This document shows, one piece after another, positions 62,814 to 64,000 of a DNA stretch of 64,000 nt. Each line of letters starts with the position of its first letter. Position 1 is the stretch's first letter. This stretch comes from a candidate division TM6 bacterium UASB340. GTDB taxonomy: Bacteria; Babelota; Babeliae; Babelales; UASB340. Made by a program: the position numbers and the translations under genes. The DNA is taken from NCBI GenBank assembly GCA_001468925.1, contig LDIX01000003.1, forward strand, positions 3,018 through 67,017. The letters run 5' to 3'. The notes beneath the pieces are model-generated. The model did no database searches and had not been told where the DNA came from. It was given only the letters and a program-made list of their open reading frames with translations.

Positions 62814-63428
62814 TTAATCGCTAAAAGATTCGTCTTCAAAAGATGATGAATCTTCAGAAATAGCCTCTTGCAGTGCATTTTCATAAAAATAATTAAACAT
62901 TGTTTTACTATTTAAAATAATTTCAGATAATTTAATTTGATCATCATCTGTTAATTCTAAATCAGGAAAAAGATTAAATATCATTTTTATAAAAGCACTT
63001 GGTAAATTATCAGAAGCAAAATATTTTTCAATTTCAGATTCTGTAAATTCACAATTTAAAAGTTCATTTAATAACTTATGTTTAAAAAATCCAATCTTCT
63101 GATCCTCATTACACAAAATATCAAAGCCAAAACACCAAGCTTTTTCTATTTCAATATCATAATTTTCGTATTTTTTAGCAAAATATTCAATAAAAACGTT
63201 ATCCGAAATTGAACATCCAAAATCGTTAAGAAAACTATTCAAATCTTGAGCACAAATACGAATATAATAAGAATAAATTGTATTCAAATGAAATTCTTTT
63301 GCATTTTTTTCTTTATTTTCATAAAATTCAAGCTTGCTCATAATATCTTGTTCAAGATCTTTTGAATTCATAGCCTGAACCTGATATAAAAAAGTCACCA
63401 ATAAAATAATAGAAAAAAGCTTTTTCAT
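62814..63428 (-). CDS. Secreted hypothetical protein with an acidic Ser/Asp/Glu tail
   Basis: AAAGGA RBS, signal peptide MKKLFSIILLVTFLYQVQA, and the tail AISEDSSSFEDESFSD. Confidence 0.55.
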   Translation of the reverse strand: MKKLFSIILLVTFLYQVQAMNSKDLEQDIMSKLEFYENKEKNAKEFHLNTIYSYYIRICAQDLNSFLNDFGCSISDNVFIEYFAKKYENYDIEIEKAWCFGFDILCNEDQKIGFFKHKLLNELLNCEFTESEIEKYFASDNLPSAFIKMIFNLFPDLELTDDDQIKLSEIILNSKTMFNYFYENALQEAISEDSSSFEDESFSD

Positions 63429-63450
63429 TACAATCCTTTCACAAAAAATT

Positions 63451-64000
63451 TCAACTAATCTCCGGAGTTTTTTTAGACTTCACCCAATAATCAAGATCAA
63501 TAAGATATTTTAATAACTCTTCAAGTTGAGAAAATCTTATAGAGTTTGGACCGTCACAAAGTGCATGCTCAGGATTGTCATGAACTTCCATAAATACACC
63601 CGAAATACCTTGAGCAACAGCCGAAATAGCCAAAGGTGCAGCAAAACGTCTATCGCCACCTGACGAACAACCATTAGCACTAGGCATCTGTACAGAATGG
63701 GTAGCATCAAAGACTACCGGATGCCCAAAACGTTTCATAATTTCAAAATTTCTATAGTCTACAATCAAATTATTGTAGCCAAAAGAATAACCTCGTTCAC
63801 ATGCCCAAATTTTTTTATTTCCGGTCGAAGTAACTTTTTCTAAAACCGATTTCATATTTTCAGGGGCTAAGAATTGTCCCTTTTTTACATTAATAAACTT
63901 ACCGGTTTTTCCGGCAGCCAAAAGTAAATCTGTCTGTCTGCATAAAAATGCAGGAATTTGCAAAACATCCACAACTGATGCCACTTCATTTACTTGACTT
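63451..64000 (-). CDS. kdsA: 2-dehydro-3-deoxyphosphooctonate aldolase (KDO-8-P synthase), C-terminal part; N-terminus lies beyond the window end
   Basis: VVDVLQIPAFLCRQTDLLLAAGKTGKFINVKKGQF...FDATHSVQ...GGDRRF...GVFMEVHDNPEHALCDGPN is collinear with KdsA. The frame stays open to position 64000. TGA stop. Confidence 0.92.
   Translation of the reverse strand, partial: SQVNEVASVVDVLQIPAFLCRQTDLLLAAGKTGKFINVKKGQFLAPENMKSVLEKVTSTGNKKIWACERGYSFGYNNLIVDYRNFEIMKRFGHPVVFDATHSVQMPSANGCSSGGDRRFAAPLAISAVAQGISGVFMEVHDNPEHALCDGPNSIRFSQLEELLKYLIDLDYWVKSKKTPEIS

Overview
This is a very AT-rich, gene-dense stretch of a diderm (Gram-negative-type) bacterial chromosome. GC content was not computed; GC-rich patches stand out by eye. 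I count about 60 protein-coding genes, 6 tRNAs, no rRNA, no CRISPR array and no recognisable transposase or integrase. Housekeeping genes: asnS, prfB (single frame, no frameshift), tilS, dnaJ, hup, miaB, ychF, an ABC-F ATPase, pepA, sufU-sufS, metG, lepB, potABCD, bamA, acyP, murJ, a lolD-like ATPase, lon, rpsA, ndk, and partial kdsA and acyl-CoA ligase genes at the window edges. Between these lie accessory loci that suggest a host-associated or intracellular lifestyle, possibly a Dependentiae/TM6-like or similar amoeba symbiont; that placement is inference only. (1) Two adjacent secreted eukaryote-type lipases, one cPLA2-like and one PI-PLC-X-like, share a private N-terminal module. (2) Three tandem 7-TM PQ-loop transporters. 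(3) A DUF5320/DUF134 pair lies behind a perfect 20-bp palindrome, next to a BASS/ACR3-superfamily transporter, and appears to have been inserted into an M20 peptidase gene, of which only the 3' end remains. (4) An island of small secreted proteins plus an LRR protein, several with near-identical 5' leaders. (5) An operon encoding a 963-aa secreted protein, a beta-barrel protein and a glycosyltransferase. At the nucleotide level the most unusual signal is a family of GC-rich hairpins (stem, UUC x UUC internal loop, GC clamp, loop) with compensatory stem changes. They sit directly on the 3' CCA ends of tRNA genes. A 304-bp MITE-like element built from the same GC-rich modules lies next to tRNA-Leu(CAG). 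All functional calls rest on motifs read from the translations and on my memory of the families; no database search was run.
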